A DNA stretch of 34,758 nt from a virus. Lineage: Duplodnaviria; Caudoviricetes. Both the position numbers and the translations under genes were made by a program. Below the pieces are notes generated by a model. The model ran no database searches and was not told where the DNA came from. It was given only the letters and a program-made list of their open reading frames with translations. The stretch spans positions 1-34,758 of IMG/VR virus record IMGVR_UViG_3300027751_000967; one strand, 5' to 3'. Position 1 is the stretch's first letter. Each line of letters starts with the position of its first letter. Positions 1-7,934 of the stretch are shown one piece after another.

Positions 1-83
1 AAACCGCTACAACTATTCTTCAAGGATTTAATCAAGGTAGCGGAATGGGATATTGCCCAGTGCCAGGATTACTTGGTACCTAA
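1..83 (+). CDS. Possible 3' end of a gene entering from the left edge (...TATTILQGFNQGSGMGYCPVPGLLGT*)
   Basis: Open frame from base 3 to TAA at 81-83; too short to assign. Confidence 0.3.
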   Translation, partial: TATTILQGFNQGSGMGYCPVPGLLGT

Positions 84-85
84 TT

Positions 86-116
86 AAAAAAAGGGAGCCC
101 GAAGGCCCCCAAAAAA
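86..116 (-). terminator. Rho-independent terminator with a T4-style C(UUCG)G tetraloop
   Basis: Minus strand GGGGGCC-TTCG-GGCTCCC followed by T7, just downstream of the peroxiredoxin stop. Confidence 0.9.
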
Positions 117-146
117 GGTAGATTAGAAAAGCTTCCCGCTTTCCCT

Positions 147-665
147 CTACTCTTGTAATAAAAACTTTAAAACATTTTCAGGATTTGTCTCAACGTATGG
201 ATCTGAATCACAGTCATCAGACATTCCAGCTTCAACAAACATCTTTTCAATAACACCATCGTTTACAACCATAGCGTATCTCCAAGACCTTGCACCAAAT
301 CCTAAATTGTCTTTGCGTACAAGCATATCCATTTTTTCAGTAAAATCACACGAACCGTCAGGTAAGAACTCAATGTTAGGAGCTCTTTGATCTTGAGCCC
401 ACGCATTCATCACAAAAGCATCGTTACAAGAAATACAATACACTTTATCAATACCAGCTTCAATAAAGTCCATCGACCTGGCTTGATAGCTAGGTACTTG
501 AAAGTTAGAACATGTTGGTGTGAAGGCTCCAGGTAATGAGAAAGCAACGACTCTTTTACCAGTAAATAAATCACTGGTAGTTAATTCTTTCCATTCAAAT
601 TCACCAGATTCTACGTCTCGTGCACGCGTTTTAAAGATCGCGTCAGGTACTCTTTTGTTTTCCAT
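147..665 (-). CDS. Peroxiredoxin (Prx5/redoxin family)
   Basis: PGAFTPTCS active-site motif, NDAFVMNAW, RSWRYAM; start placed at ATG 665 (MENKRV) because AAGGA precedes it. Confidence 0.92.
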   Translation of the reverse strand: MENKRVPDAIFKTRARDVESGEFEWKELTTSDLFTGKRVVAFSLPGAFTPTCSNFQVPSYQARSMDFIEAGIDKVYCISCNDAFVMNAWAQDQRAPNIEFLPDGSCDFTEKMDMLVRKDNLGFGARSWRYAMVVNDGVIEKMFVEAGMSDDCDSDPYVETNPENVLKFLLQE

Positions 666-683
666 AATAAATTCCTTATAGGT

Positions 684-702
684 GGAGGGCATTGCGCCCT
701 CC
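684..702 (-). other. GC-rich intergenic hairpin between hsp20 and peroxiredoxin
   Basis: GGAGGGC-5 nt loop-GCCCTCC perfect 7-bp stem with no U-tract. Confidence 0.55.
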
Positions 703-713
703 GTTCAATGTAG

Positions 714-1169
714 TTATTCGACTAAAAATTCTTTCTTATTGTCGATTTTAATTTTCTGAGGTCTTTTTGACTCAGGAATAATACGCTCAAGGCCAATGGT
801 TAAAAGACCATTCTTGAAACTTGCTCCTTTAACGATAATGTCATCTGCAAGGTCAAAGTTACGCGTAAATTTTCTTTTAGAAATTCCCTTATGAATAAAT
901 TTATCATCAGCAGTTTCGCCAGTTTCGTACGTCGACTTAATTGCTAATTGATTTTCTTTTACTTCAATATCAACATCAGATTCATCAAGGCCAGCAAGTG
1001 CAAGTTCGATAGTGAACTTATCTTCGGCTTTATTGATTCTGATATTATAGGGTGGAAAACCTTGTGATCCATGCTGTGCAGGGTGGTTCTCAATTTCTAC
1101 TAAACGATCGAAGATTCGATCAAATCCCACGGTGAACGGGGAAAGGTTGTGTATATTTAATCCAGTCAT
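714..1169 (-). CDS. hsp20: Small heat shock protein (Hsp20/IbpA-like)
   Basis: GFDRIFD, FPPYNI, IELALAG, HKGISKRKFTRNF, NGLLTIGLER alpha-crystallin motifs; SD AAGGAG. Confidence 0.95.
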   Translation of the reverse strand: MTGLNIHNLSPFTVGFDRIFDRLVEIENHPAQHGSQGFPPYNIRINKAEDKFTIELALAGLDESDVDIEVKENQLAIKSTYETGETADDKFIHKGISKRKFTRNFDLADDIIVKGASFKNGLLTIGLERIIPESKRPQKIKIDNKKEFLVE

Positions 1170-1256
1170 TTTTATCTCCTTTTATGCAAGATATAGTTAT
1201 ACTATGGTGGCTGTTAGCACACCGGTTATTGTAAGCCGATTATTCGTACCTACAAA
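1170..1256 (-). promoter_or_regulatory. Structured hsp20 5' UTR, ROSE-like RNA thermometer candidate
   Basis: Three hairpins (1229-1255, 1206-1223, 1173-1193); the last pairs UAUCUUGC with GGAGAUA and sequesters the SD with a bulged G. Confidence 0.6.
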
Positions 1257-1258
1257 TC

Positions 1259-1265
1259 TATTTAT
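1259..1265 (-). promoter_or_regulatory. Candidate gp55-dependent late promoter (ATAAATA) for hsp20
   Basis: ATAAATA immediately upstream of the structured leader; short motif in AT-rich DNA. Confidence 0.45.
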
Positions 1266-1411
1266 TCAGTTTCTCTGTGCGCCTTTATAAATTGTTTAAT
1301 ATAATTTCGCAGTTCTCTTGATGCTGTTGTATCATCATCTTTACAGAGCTGAATGAATTCTTTTTTCTGCTCTTTATTTACTTTAATAAGCAGTGTATCA
1401 TCTTTTATCAT
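1262..1411 (-). CDS. 49-aa ribbon-helix-helix (CopG-like) DNA-binding protein, absent from the ORF track
   Basis: MIKDDTLLIKVNKEQKKEFIQLCKDDDTTASRELRNYIKQFIKAHRETE; beta-strand LLIKV plus two helices; SD AGGTGA. Confidence 0.7.
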   Translation of the reverse strand: MIKDDTLLIKVNKEQKKEFIQLCKDDDTTASRELRNYIKQFIKAHRETE

Positions 1412-1450
1412 AATTTGTCACCTTTTTGTCACGTACTTGTAACATGTTTG

Positions 1451-1458
1451 TATAAATA
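1451..1458 (+). promoter_or_regulatory. T4 late promoter consensus TATAAATA
   Basis: Exact TATAAATA about 35 nt upstream of an SD and ATG small ORF. Confidence 0.5.
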
Positions 1459-1492
1459 TACTGTATATACAAAATATTAATAAGGAGAATAT

Positions 1493-1570
1493 ATGGCAAT
1501 ATTATATAAAAAATTCGATAAAATGATGAAATCAGGTGGTTTAATCCGAGTCATCAACAAAACTTTCTAA
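1493..1570 (+). CDS. 25-aa basic peptide MAILYKKFDKMMKSGGLIRVINKTF, absent from the ORF track
   Basis: Strong SD TAAGGAG at 1481-1487, ATG 1493, TAA overlapping the dUTPase stop. Confidence 0.55.
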   Translation: MAILYKKFDKMMKSGGLIRVINKTF

Positions 1571-2073
1571 CTACCAGTACTTCCTATTCCACCGTCCCTA
1601 TCAGTTTTCTGCTTAGGGCGTTCGTTAATCATTATTAATTGCGTTTGGTCCATTTTCTCGACCATGCATTGAGCTAATCTTTCACCGTGGATCACTCGTG
1701 TTAAACTATCAGATATGTTATGAACAAGAATATGTGTTTCATCAACATAATCAGAATCTATAATACCTACACCGTTACTTAATGTTAAACCCTTTTTAGC
1801 AGCAGCGCTGCTACGAATATACATTTTCATTACGTGATTTTCTGGTATATCAAATATTAGACCAGTTGGAATCATTACTCTTTGGCCTGGGTGTATTAAG
1901 AAAGCAGGCTGACCTTCGATCTCTTTAACGAGAACTTCTATTTTTCTATTAACAGAATTATAGGCTATAATCTTATCACCTTTATCAAACGCAGCATGAA
2001 TGTCAAAGCAAGCACTGCCTTGAGTCGCGTATTTAGGGATTATTGCGCTGTCTTTTGTTTTATAAACATTCAT
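1567..2073 (-). CDS. dut: Trimeric dUTPase
   Basis: GSACFD, RSS, GIIDSDY, RLAQ, RDGGIGSTG motifs. Confidence 0.95.
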   Translation of the reverse strand: MNVYKTKDSAIIPKYATQGSACFDIHAAFDKGDKIIAYNSVNRKIEVLVKEIEGQPAFLIHPGQRVMIPTGLIFDIPENHVMKMYIRSSAAAKKGLTLSNGVGIIDSDYVDETHILVHNISDSLTRVIHGERLAQCMVEKMDQTQLIMINERPKQKTDRDGGIGSTGS

Positions 2074-2085
2074 TATATATTCACC

Positions 2086-2114
2086 ATTATATCATAAAAT
2101 TAAATTTTTGTCAA
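2086..2114 (-). promoter_or_regulatory. Sigma70-type early promoter for dut
   Basis: TTGACA-17-TATAAT. Confidence 0.8.
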
Positions 2115-2525
2115 CTACTTTTTTCCGTTACCTATATTGTATTTGACAGTTAATTCCCAATCATCTTTTTCTTTAAAAGAAATGATCTTAATTTGATTTA
2201 GGGAAGCAACTGGATCCTTTGTTTTATTTGGATCTACAATCTTTACTAGTTCCCATTCTTCAAGTAGGTTTACAATAGTGTTTCGTCTAGCATGATCTTC
2301 ATCAGTAAACGTGTTGTGCTTGCCGTCGAGTATAAACAATTCTTTAAAATGAAGAATTGAGTATCTACCCTTTTTATGCAAGATGTGACAGGATTGAAAC
2401 AACTTCTTATCTTTGCGAGAAGAAATCCCTATCCTTGTTAAAGTTTCCTTGATCTTAAGAAAACTGTCGGGTGTAGGAAGCACTACTTCGATGCCCACAC
2501 CTCTAAAAATATCTTCTTGTTCCAT
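2115..2525 (-). CDS. regA: Translational repressor RegA
   Basis: FLKIKETLTRIGI, LFQSCHILHKKGRYSILHFKELF; follows g62. Confidence 0.96.
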   Translation of the reverse strand: MEQEDIFRGVGIEVVLPTPDSFLKIKETLTRIGISSRKDKKLFQSCHILHKKGRYSILHFKELFILDGKHNTFTDEDHARRNTIVNLLEEWELVKIVDPNKTKDPVASLNQIKIISFKEKDDWELTVKYNIGNGKK

Positions 2526-2600
2526 GATACATATTCACCTGTTTAATTATTAGTGGCCACGGTATATAACCATATAAGCTTATTTATTTTTTTCATAAAC

Positions 2601-2999
2601 TCAGCCACCTGTAATGAGGCGATCGTGCACAGATTGTAGTTGCTCTTTGTTCAATACCTTGAAGTATTGCTTTGCTACTGTTCTGTTGCATTGATAAACT
2701 TCTTGGATCGCGTCGAGATCTACGTCTTTAGTAGCCTTAGGCCATTTAGAGAATCTCTTACGCTTTCTTAATACTGCACGGTAGTAATCAAATTGTGCAC
2801 CAGGAAACAGCTCGTGTCTCTGATTCATTTCATTAGCATGTAGTATTGTATCTTCGAAATTTGTAAAACCTCGGTTTACAATATAAGCGTTATATTGCTT
2901 TTCGATTATTTCTGGATTGTCTCCATCTTTTATGAGATCTACTTTACTAAAAGAAGCAGCATTCATAAAATCAAATGGATTTAAGTCACCTTTAGCCAT
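2601..2999 (-). CDS. g62: Clamp loader small subunit gp62
   Basis: YNAYIVNRGF, HANEMN, RKRKRFSKW; g44-g62-regA synteny. Confidence 0.9.
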   Translation of the reverse strand: MAKGDLNPFDFMNAASFSKVDLIKDGDNPEIIEKQYNAYIVNRGFTNFEDTILHANEMNQRHELFPGAQFDYYRAVLRKRKRFSKWPKATKDVDLDAIQEVYQCNRTVAKQYFKVLNKEQLQSVHDRLITGG

Positions 3000-3186
3000 T
3001 TTGTATCTCCTCGATTCCTATGAGTATCTCATTAAATTCTTTTGCGCAGTTAGCACACATCTTGACTTCCGCTTCTCCATCTGCTGCTTGGTACTTTAGA
3101 GTGTATTCTTCACCTCCTTCAATACGCTCACTACAGTTAAAGCATTCGATAGTTTTGCGGAAATCAATCTTAAATGGATTAGACAT
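2992..3186 (-). CDS. Small CxxC...CxxC zinc-binding protein between g44 and g62
   Basis: CFNC and CANC; overlaps both neighbours; start at 3186 or 3198. Confidence 0.6.
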   Translation of the reverse strand: MSNPFKIDFRKTIECFNCSERIEGGEEYTLKYQAADGEAEVKMCANCAKEFNEILIGIEEIQNG

Positions 3187-4126
3187 ACTCGGATTCAATC
3201 ATAACTTCAGTTAAGAATGCAACCATGTTAATCTCTTGGTCTGCAACGAAATTACTCTTGTACATATAATCAGCTAGAGTGACTACAAATCCAGGTTGAG
3301 TCTTAAACTCTACACGAGCTTGCATCATGTCATAGACACGTCTGAACATTTCATTCATATCTTGATCTGAATTAGTAGCAACCCACTTTCTCATCTCAGT
3401 AAAGTTTTTAGCTTTAAGTAGGTTGAATAACTCATCCATACTCTCTTGCTTTAGATTTACAAAGATACCTTCGTCGATTTTACCTGAAGCTGCATATGAT
3501 TGTAGTTCGGTTAGTACACGACGGAAGTCTGGGAAATGCTTTTCAATAACTTTGGCAACTACTGCTTTATCGTAATCAACATTCTCGTTATTGAGAATAC
3601 TAATAACACGTTTAAAGAATTGCATTGCTAGTTGAGGTCGTTCAGTTTGTTCAATAGAGAAGTCAACTTCAGAGAGTCGAGATCTTAATGGACCAATAAT
3701 TCTATTCTTGAAATTACAAGTAAAGATAAACCCACAGTTAGCAGAATATTCTTCAATAAAGTTACGTAAAGCTGGTTGAACAGAAGTTGCATTTAGATAG
3801 TCTGCTTCGTCAAAGATAACATATTTACGACCACCTGTAAGAGATACAGAGGATGCATATGTAGAGATTTCATATCGAAGAGTGTCGATATTCACATTAA
3901 GGGAACCGTTTTTAACGATATAGTCACAGCCCATTTCATCGAGCATGGCTTTAGCGATCGTAGTTTTACCTACTCCTGGTCCACCGGTTAGTAATAAGTT
4001 TGGTACGTTTTTGTCATTTACAAATTTGCGAAACGTATTTTTCATTGTCTCGGGTAAGATAGTGTCTTCGATACTTTGAGGACGGTATTTTTCTACCCAT
4101 AGAACTTCATTTGATTTGTGTTGCAT
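3179..4126 (-). CDS. g44: Clamp loader AAA+ subunit gp44
   Basis: LWVEKYRP, GPGVGKTT Walker A, IFDEAD, PLRSRL, FPDFRR. Confidence 0.97.
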   Translation of the reverse strand: MQHKSNEVLWVEKYRPQSIEDTILPETMKNTFRKFVNDKNVPNLLLTGGPGVGKTTIAKAMLDEMGCDYIVKNGSLNVNIDTLRYEISTYASSVSLTGGRKYVIFDEADYLNATSVQPALRNFIEEYSANCGFIFTCNFKNRIIGPLRSRLSEVDFSIEQTERPQLAMQFFKRVISILNNENVDYDKAVVAKVIEKHFPDFRRVLTELQSYAASGKIDEGIFVNLKQESMDELFNLLKAKNFTEMRKWVATNSDQDMNEMFRRVYDMMQARVEFKTQPGFVVTLADYMYKSNFVADQEINMVAFLTEVMIESEYV

Positions 4127-4166
4127 AGATCACCTTGTGCATAATATAATATAAAAATTGAGGGGC

Positions 4167-4190
4167 GGGGACCAGTCGGAACTGATCCCC
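4167..4190 (-). other. Strong intergenic hairpin upstream of g44
   Basis: GGGGAUCAGU-UCCG-ACUGGUCCCC, 10-bp stem with one G-U pair on the minus strand. Confidence 0.6.
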
Positions 4191-4216
4191 TATTCTCGAG
4201 AAAGGTTGGTAATCTT

Positions 4217-4486
4217 TTAGTCAATTACCTTATCAGCCAGTTCACCAGCTTCTACACCAACAGCGGTGTCCCCATCGGGACCTTGTTGTTGAGGTGCATT
4301 CTGTCTTAGATAAGCTTCAAGCTTATTCCTTAACATTCCTACACCAGCTAGTTCTTGACCTTGGAACCCGCCTCTTGTTGACACTACGTCAATAAGTTGC
4401 AAGATTGTAGAGAGGTCGTTCAAGTTAATGACTACTGTCTCTTCTTGTTGTTGGCCACCGAAGTTGCCATTTTGTACATTATCCAT
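4217..4486 (-). CDS. Hypothetical protein
   Basis: 89-aa ORF with SD AAGGA, in the g45 operon. Confidence 0.75.
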   Translation of the reverse strand: MDNVQNGNFGGQQQEETVVINLNDLSTILQLIDVVSTRGGFQGQELAGVGMLRNKLEAYLRQNAPQQQGPDGDTAVGVEAGELADKVID

Positions 4487-4491
4487 ATCAA

Positions 4492-5154
4492 TTATCCTTT
4501 ATTATAAGTCGACTTTGAATCTATCGCCACAAAGTATGTGACACCGGTGCCTTTGAATTCAGAGATACCCTTTGAACAAATGGTAACTTTGTAATCCATT
4601 GGCATGAGCTTTAAGTTATCAGTTTTAATGATTACCTTAAACTCATCGGCAGTTTCCCCGATTTCAACGCCAAAGTCATCTGCGTTATCGTTTGCACTGT
4701 CGATTGCTTTCAGATAACACTTGCCGCTTTCGCCAACAAATGCGATTTCTGAAAATTGTAGAACACCTGCTGCTTTCAGTACTGAAGAAAGATCACTTTC
4801 TGTTACCTCTACAACAACGTCTTCCGACGGTATATTTATATCTTTTTCAGGCGGTGTATGAATCATTGATATATCTGCGTAGATATATTTGGTTCGTCTC
4901 TTGCCTTCTGAGATAATAAAATACTTATCACCAAACTCTACGTCTGGATCTGTATATAAGCTTAGGATTGACAAGAATCTAGAAAGATCGTAGATACAAG
5001 CTTCTGCTGGTATCGTGTCTTGGATTTCTGCAATCGCAATAAGCGTCTTTTCGGGAGTAATCGTCTTAATAGTACTACCGGGCTTTAGCAAAACTGATTT
5101 GTTAATTGCGGTAAAACTTTTTAAGACACTCAAGGTTTCGTTAGAAAATTTCAT
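4492..5154 (-). CDS. g45: Sliding clamp gp45
   Basis: MKFSNETLSVLKSFTAINKS, IYDLSRFLSILSL; synteny with g44. Confidence 0.95.
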   Translation of the reverse strand: MKFSNETLSVLKSFTAINKSVLLKPGSTIKTITPEKTLIAIAEIQDTIPAEACIYDLSRFLSILSLYTDPDVEFGDKYFIISEGKRRTKYIYADISMIHTPPEKDINIPSEDVVVEVTESDLSSVLKAAGVLQFSEIAFVGESGKCYLKAIDSANDNADDFGVEIGETADEFKVIIKTDNLKLMPMDYKVTICSKGISEFKGTGVTYFVAIDSKSTYNKG

Positions 5155-5185
5155 TATATATATTTCTCCTAGTTAATGAATGTAT

Positions 5186-5214
5186 ATTATAACACACTTT
5201 CATCTATTTGTCAA
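5186..5214 (-). promoter_or_regulatory. Sigma70-type promoter for g45; -35 lies in the last codons of the upstream gene
   Basis: TTGACA-17-TATAAT. Confidence 0.8.
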
Positions 5215-6067
5215 CTGTTTTGTAAGACTTTTTATTAGAAGTCGAGTCAGCAGTTGCGGTTACACCAAGCTCTGCTATAGAGCCCATTCCACCATTAAAT
5301 ACGTGGGTACCAACATGGTTGAGATGCATCCAAGGACACATCCAAACCTTTAGGCCAGCATCACGTGCTTTATGACAGAAGAAGTAATCTTCTGATAAGT
5401 AGCGCTTGGATTCGGGATCGATAACACAATCGAAAAATGCTGTAATTTCTCTTGTACCATCAAATTGTTCTGTTCGTGCGTGGTCAGGTAGGTATGCTAA
5501 CTCAGGGTAAGCTTCTTTGTACTTCATTAGTACATCCCTTGGTATTAACATAAATCCTGTACCAGCTTCTTGTACTTCAACTGGTTCTGATAATTTGAAT
5601 TGCTTCATTCCTTTAACGGGGTTGAACACAAAGTCAGATGTGAACCTAGATAATTCAAATGGATTATCATCTGCTTTACCCATTTGAGCTGCTTTAGCAA
5701 CCTTTTCCCAAGCAATTGTTTTCTTAGGATATGGGCCAGTTACGATCTGATACTTGTCTGGATCTTGTAGATGTACACCAAGTAAAGCAAGAGCATCTTT
5801 GGGATTAAACGCAATATCAGCGTCAATAAACAATAAGTGAGTACAGTCAGATCTTAAGAACTCATCTACAATGTAGTTACGTGCTCTTTGTACTAGACTC
5901 TCATTAAATAAGAAATAGTACTTTAACGGAATACCGTGTGTGGAGCATAACATACTCAAGTCATTAGTTGCTTTGGTATACATACCACTAGCTTGGCCAC
6001 CATACATTGGTGTACCAACGAAGATGCTATACTTTCTTAGCTCTTCGGTTTTAATTTCAATTTTCAT
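5204..6067 (-). CDS. GT-A fold (GT2-like) glycosyltransferase
   Basis: FVGTPMYGG, RARN, LLFIDAD (DxD), GTGFMLI, LSEDYFFC, C-terminal LNHVG. Confidence 0.75.
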   Translation of the reverse strand: MKIEIKTEELRKYSIFVGTPMYGGQASGMYTKATNDLSMLCSTHGIPLKYYFLFNESLVQRARNYIVDEFLRSDCTHLLFIDADIAFNPKDALALLGVHLQDPDKYQIVTGPYPKKTIAWEKVAKAAQMGKADDNPFELSRFTSDFVFNPVKGMKQFKLSEPVEVQEAGTGFMLIPRDVLMKYKEAYPELAYLPDHARTEQFDGTREITAFFDCVIDPESKRYLSEDYFFCHKARDAGLKVWMCPWMHLNHVGTHVFNGGMGSIAELGVTATADSTSNKKSYKTVDK

Positions 6068-6693
6068 TAGATTTGCTCCATATCATTTTCAGCTCTAGCG
6101 ATCGCTTGTAGTCTAAGCACATCTGCTAATACGTCCCAAGAACTATCATGTTGTTTAAATGCTCTTTCCCATAGTTTATCATCAGCGATCGGGCAGAAAC
6201 CGTTTTTTGTGTCAAAATTAAATTTGGCATCAATATAAGTCCGCATGTCACGAACCATATAATATTTTAGATAAGTATTAAGATGGTTGCCTCTTTTTTG
6301 GCTATCAAAAAGTCTTGTCAAGATTACAGGATCAAAAGCATTACCTCTTGTCCACCAGTGACCAATATTCTCATCAACAACTAGATTATGAAAGTTAGAT
6401 ACAAACTCTTTAACAGTCAAGTCTTGCTGTGTTGGTTTGACACGAGCACGTACTTCTTTATCTTGCTTAGACCAAAATTCTAAAACAGAATCTTCGATCT
6501 TATATCCATAATCTTTTACTTGCTCTTGAACATTCAATTTAAATCTACGAGTCTTACTGATATCTTTCAGACCATAAGGGTTTTGTGTAAACTCATCCCA
6601 ATCGAAAATCATAATTGAACAGTCAACGACTGCACACGTAGTTGGGTCAACACCCATTGTTTCAAAGTCAAGTACTAGGTTTTTCTTTTTCAT
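6067..6693 (-). CDS. dexA: DexA-like 3'-5' exonuclease (DEDDh)
   Basis: LDFETMG, WTRGNAFD, RDMRTYI, HDSSWD; resembles T4 DexA. Confidence 0.85.
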   Translation of the reverse strand: MKKKNLVLDFETMGVDPTTCAVVDCSIMIFDWDEFTQNPYGLKDISKTRRFKLNVQEQVKDYGYKIEDSVLEFWSKQDKEVRARVKPTQQDLTVKEFVSNFHNLVVDENIGHWWTRGNAFDPVILTRLFDSQKRGNHLNTYLKYYMVRDMRTYIDAKFNFDTKNGFCPIADDKLWERAFKQHDSSWDVLADVLRLQAIARAENDMEQI

Positions 6694-7934
6694 TATGTCA
6701 TAAACTCTGTAATATCAACTGTTGATGTGGTCTCACGTATTCTTTGAGACATATTGTCTTGGTACATGAATGAAGCATCTTCCATAGGAAGTTTGCGCTC
6801 GATCGCTGCTTTGACTTGAGTAGCCATATCTCTAGCAGTATTGAACGGAACATTTTGACAAATGTGATTGACGCTTTTCTCAGGATCAAGTAATTCATAA
6901 TCTTGTGGAAGACCCATGATGGTCATGGCTTCTCTATAGTTTATATATCTATCTTCTACAGGGTGAGTCAGAACGTGAGGCATATGTACAACGAATGCAC
7001 CAATATGTTTGACAGGAATAATTGTTCCTCGCCACATTACACCTTTACCTGACTTAAGCTTTTCGTATCGTCTTAAACACTTTGCAGCTTCTCTTTCAAG
7101 GCCTTGAGCAGCCATATATTCAGATAACTCTTTGTAGTTGCATTGTCCTTTATAATCACCAAGGATCATTTCACTTTCAACATTAAAAGAAGGCTTTGTG
7201 AAAGTTTCATCTTCTCTTAACTCTTTTGCAAACTCTGCGTGAGTCATTCCGCCTTTGATTTCTTCTAAGAAGTACTTATAGTAAGGATCATCAACAGATG
7301 GAATCTTAGAGTTAATTGTTTCTGTTTGGAAATTACTTTTATTCTCCATCAATAATTGAGCGATCGTTGGATGTTCTTTTTTGAAGTAATCAAATACAGG
7401 AACTTTATTCTTAAAGTAATCTCTTTTCCAAAAGAAGTAGAATGATCGTCTTCGTATCTGCGGAGTACCATGTAATAATGTCTTCGTAGTATAGATGGTC
7501 ATATTATAACCAGCTTCGTTGGCAGTTTTAAGAAGTTTCTTTCTCATAAATGCGCCAACATTGGTTGCCAAAGCAGGAGCATTCTCACCCCATAATACTT
7601 TAGGACCAATCTCGTTCAATACAAACTTAGTTGATTTTTCCATCCATTGGTTATTTGGATTGTCTTCACCGTAAGAACTGTGATAACTACTTAAGCCTGC
7701 ACAAGGACATACTGATGAAACAACATCAACTTTCTTGTAACGCTTAGGTGCATTATCTCCATCAATAATATGGTAAGGTACGTCGACACCTTGTTGTGCA
7801 TAATGATTTCTTAGATGTTTCTCATTACCTTCAAATCCGCTATAAGTCATCATATATTCTGGAGTGACTCCGTAAGCATCATCTGAAGCTAATACCTCAC
7901 CACCGATCAGTGGTATAATTGCTGCGTGTTTCAT
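6693..7934 (-). CDS. C5-cytosine DNA methyltransferase homolog with atypical SAM-binding motifs
   Basis: Motif IV CPCAGLS, VI GENAP, VIII PQIRRR, IX REAMTIMGLP present; motif I reads IIPLIGGE and motif X reads ICQNVP. Confidence 0.8.
   Translation of the reverse strand: MKHAAIIPLIGGEVLASDDAYGVTPEYMMTYSGFEGNEKHLRNHYAQQGVDVPYHIIDGDNAPKRYKKVDVVSSVCPCAGLSSYHSSYGEDNPNNQWMEKSTKFVLNEIGPKVLWGENAPALATNVGAFMRKKLLKTANEAGYNMTIYTTKTLLHGTPQIRRRSFYFFWKRDYFKNKVPVFDYFKKEHPTIAQLLMENKSNFQTETINSKIPSVDDPYYKYFLEEIKGGMTHAEFAKELREDETFTKPSFNVESEMILGDYKGQCNYKELSEYMAAQGLEREAAKCLRRYEKLKSGKGVMWRGTIIPVKHIGAFVVHMPHVLTHPVEDRYINYREAMTIMGLPQDYELLDPEKSVNHICQNVPFNTARDMATQVKAAIERKLPMEDASFMYQDNMSQRIRETTSTVDITEFMT

Noticed and set aside
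86-116. Bidirectional terminator
   Set aside because: On the plus strand the stem is followed by A residues, not a U-tract, and contains a mismatch
666-692. Longer peroxiredoxin start at 692
   Set aside because: That ATG lies in a hairpin loop; the SD supports ATG 665
6098-6105. GCGATCGC as evidence of a HIP1-rich cyanobacterial host
   Set aside because: Only one full octamer was seen, only the hexamer is enriched, and no photosynthesis genes are in the window
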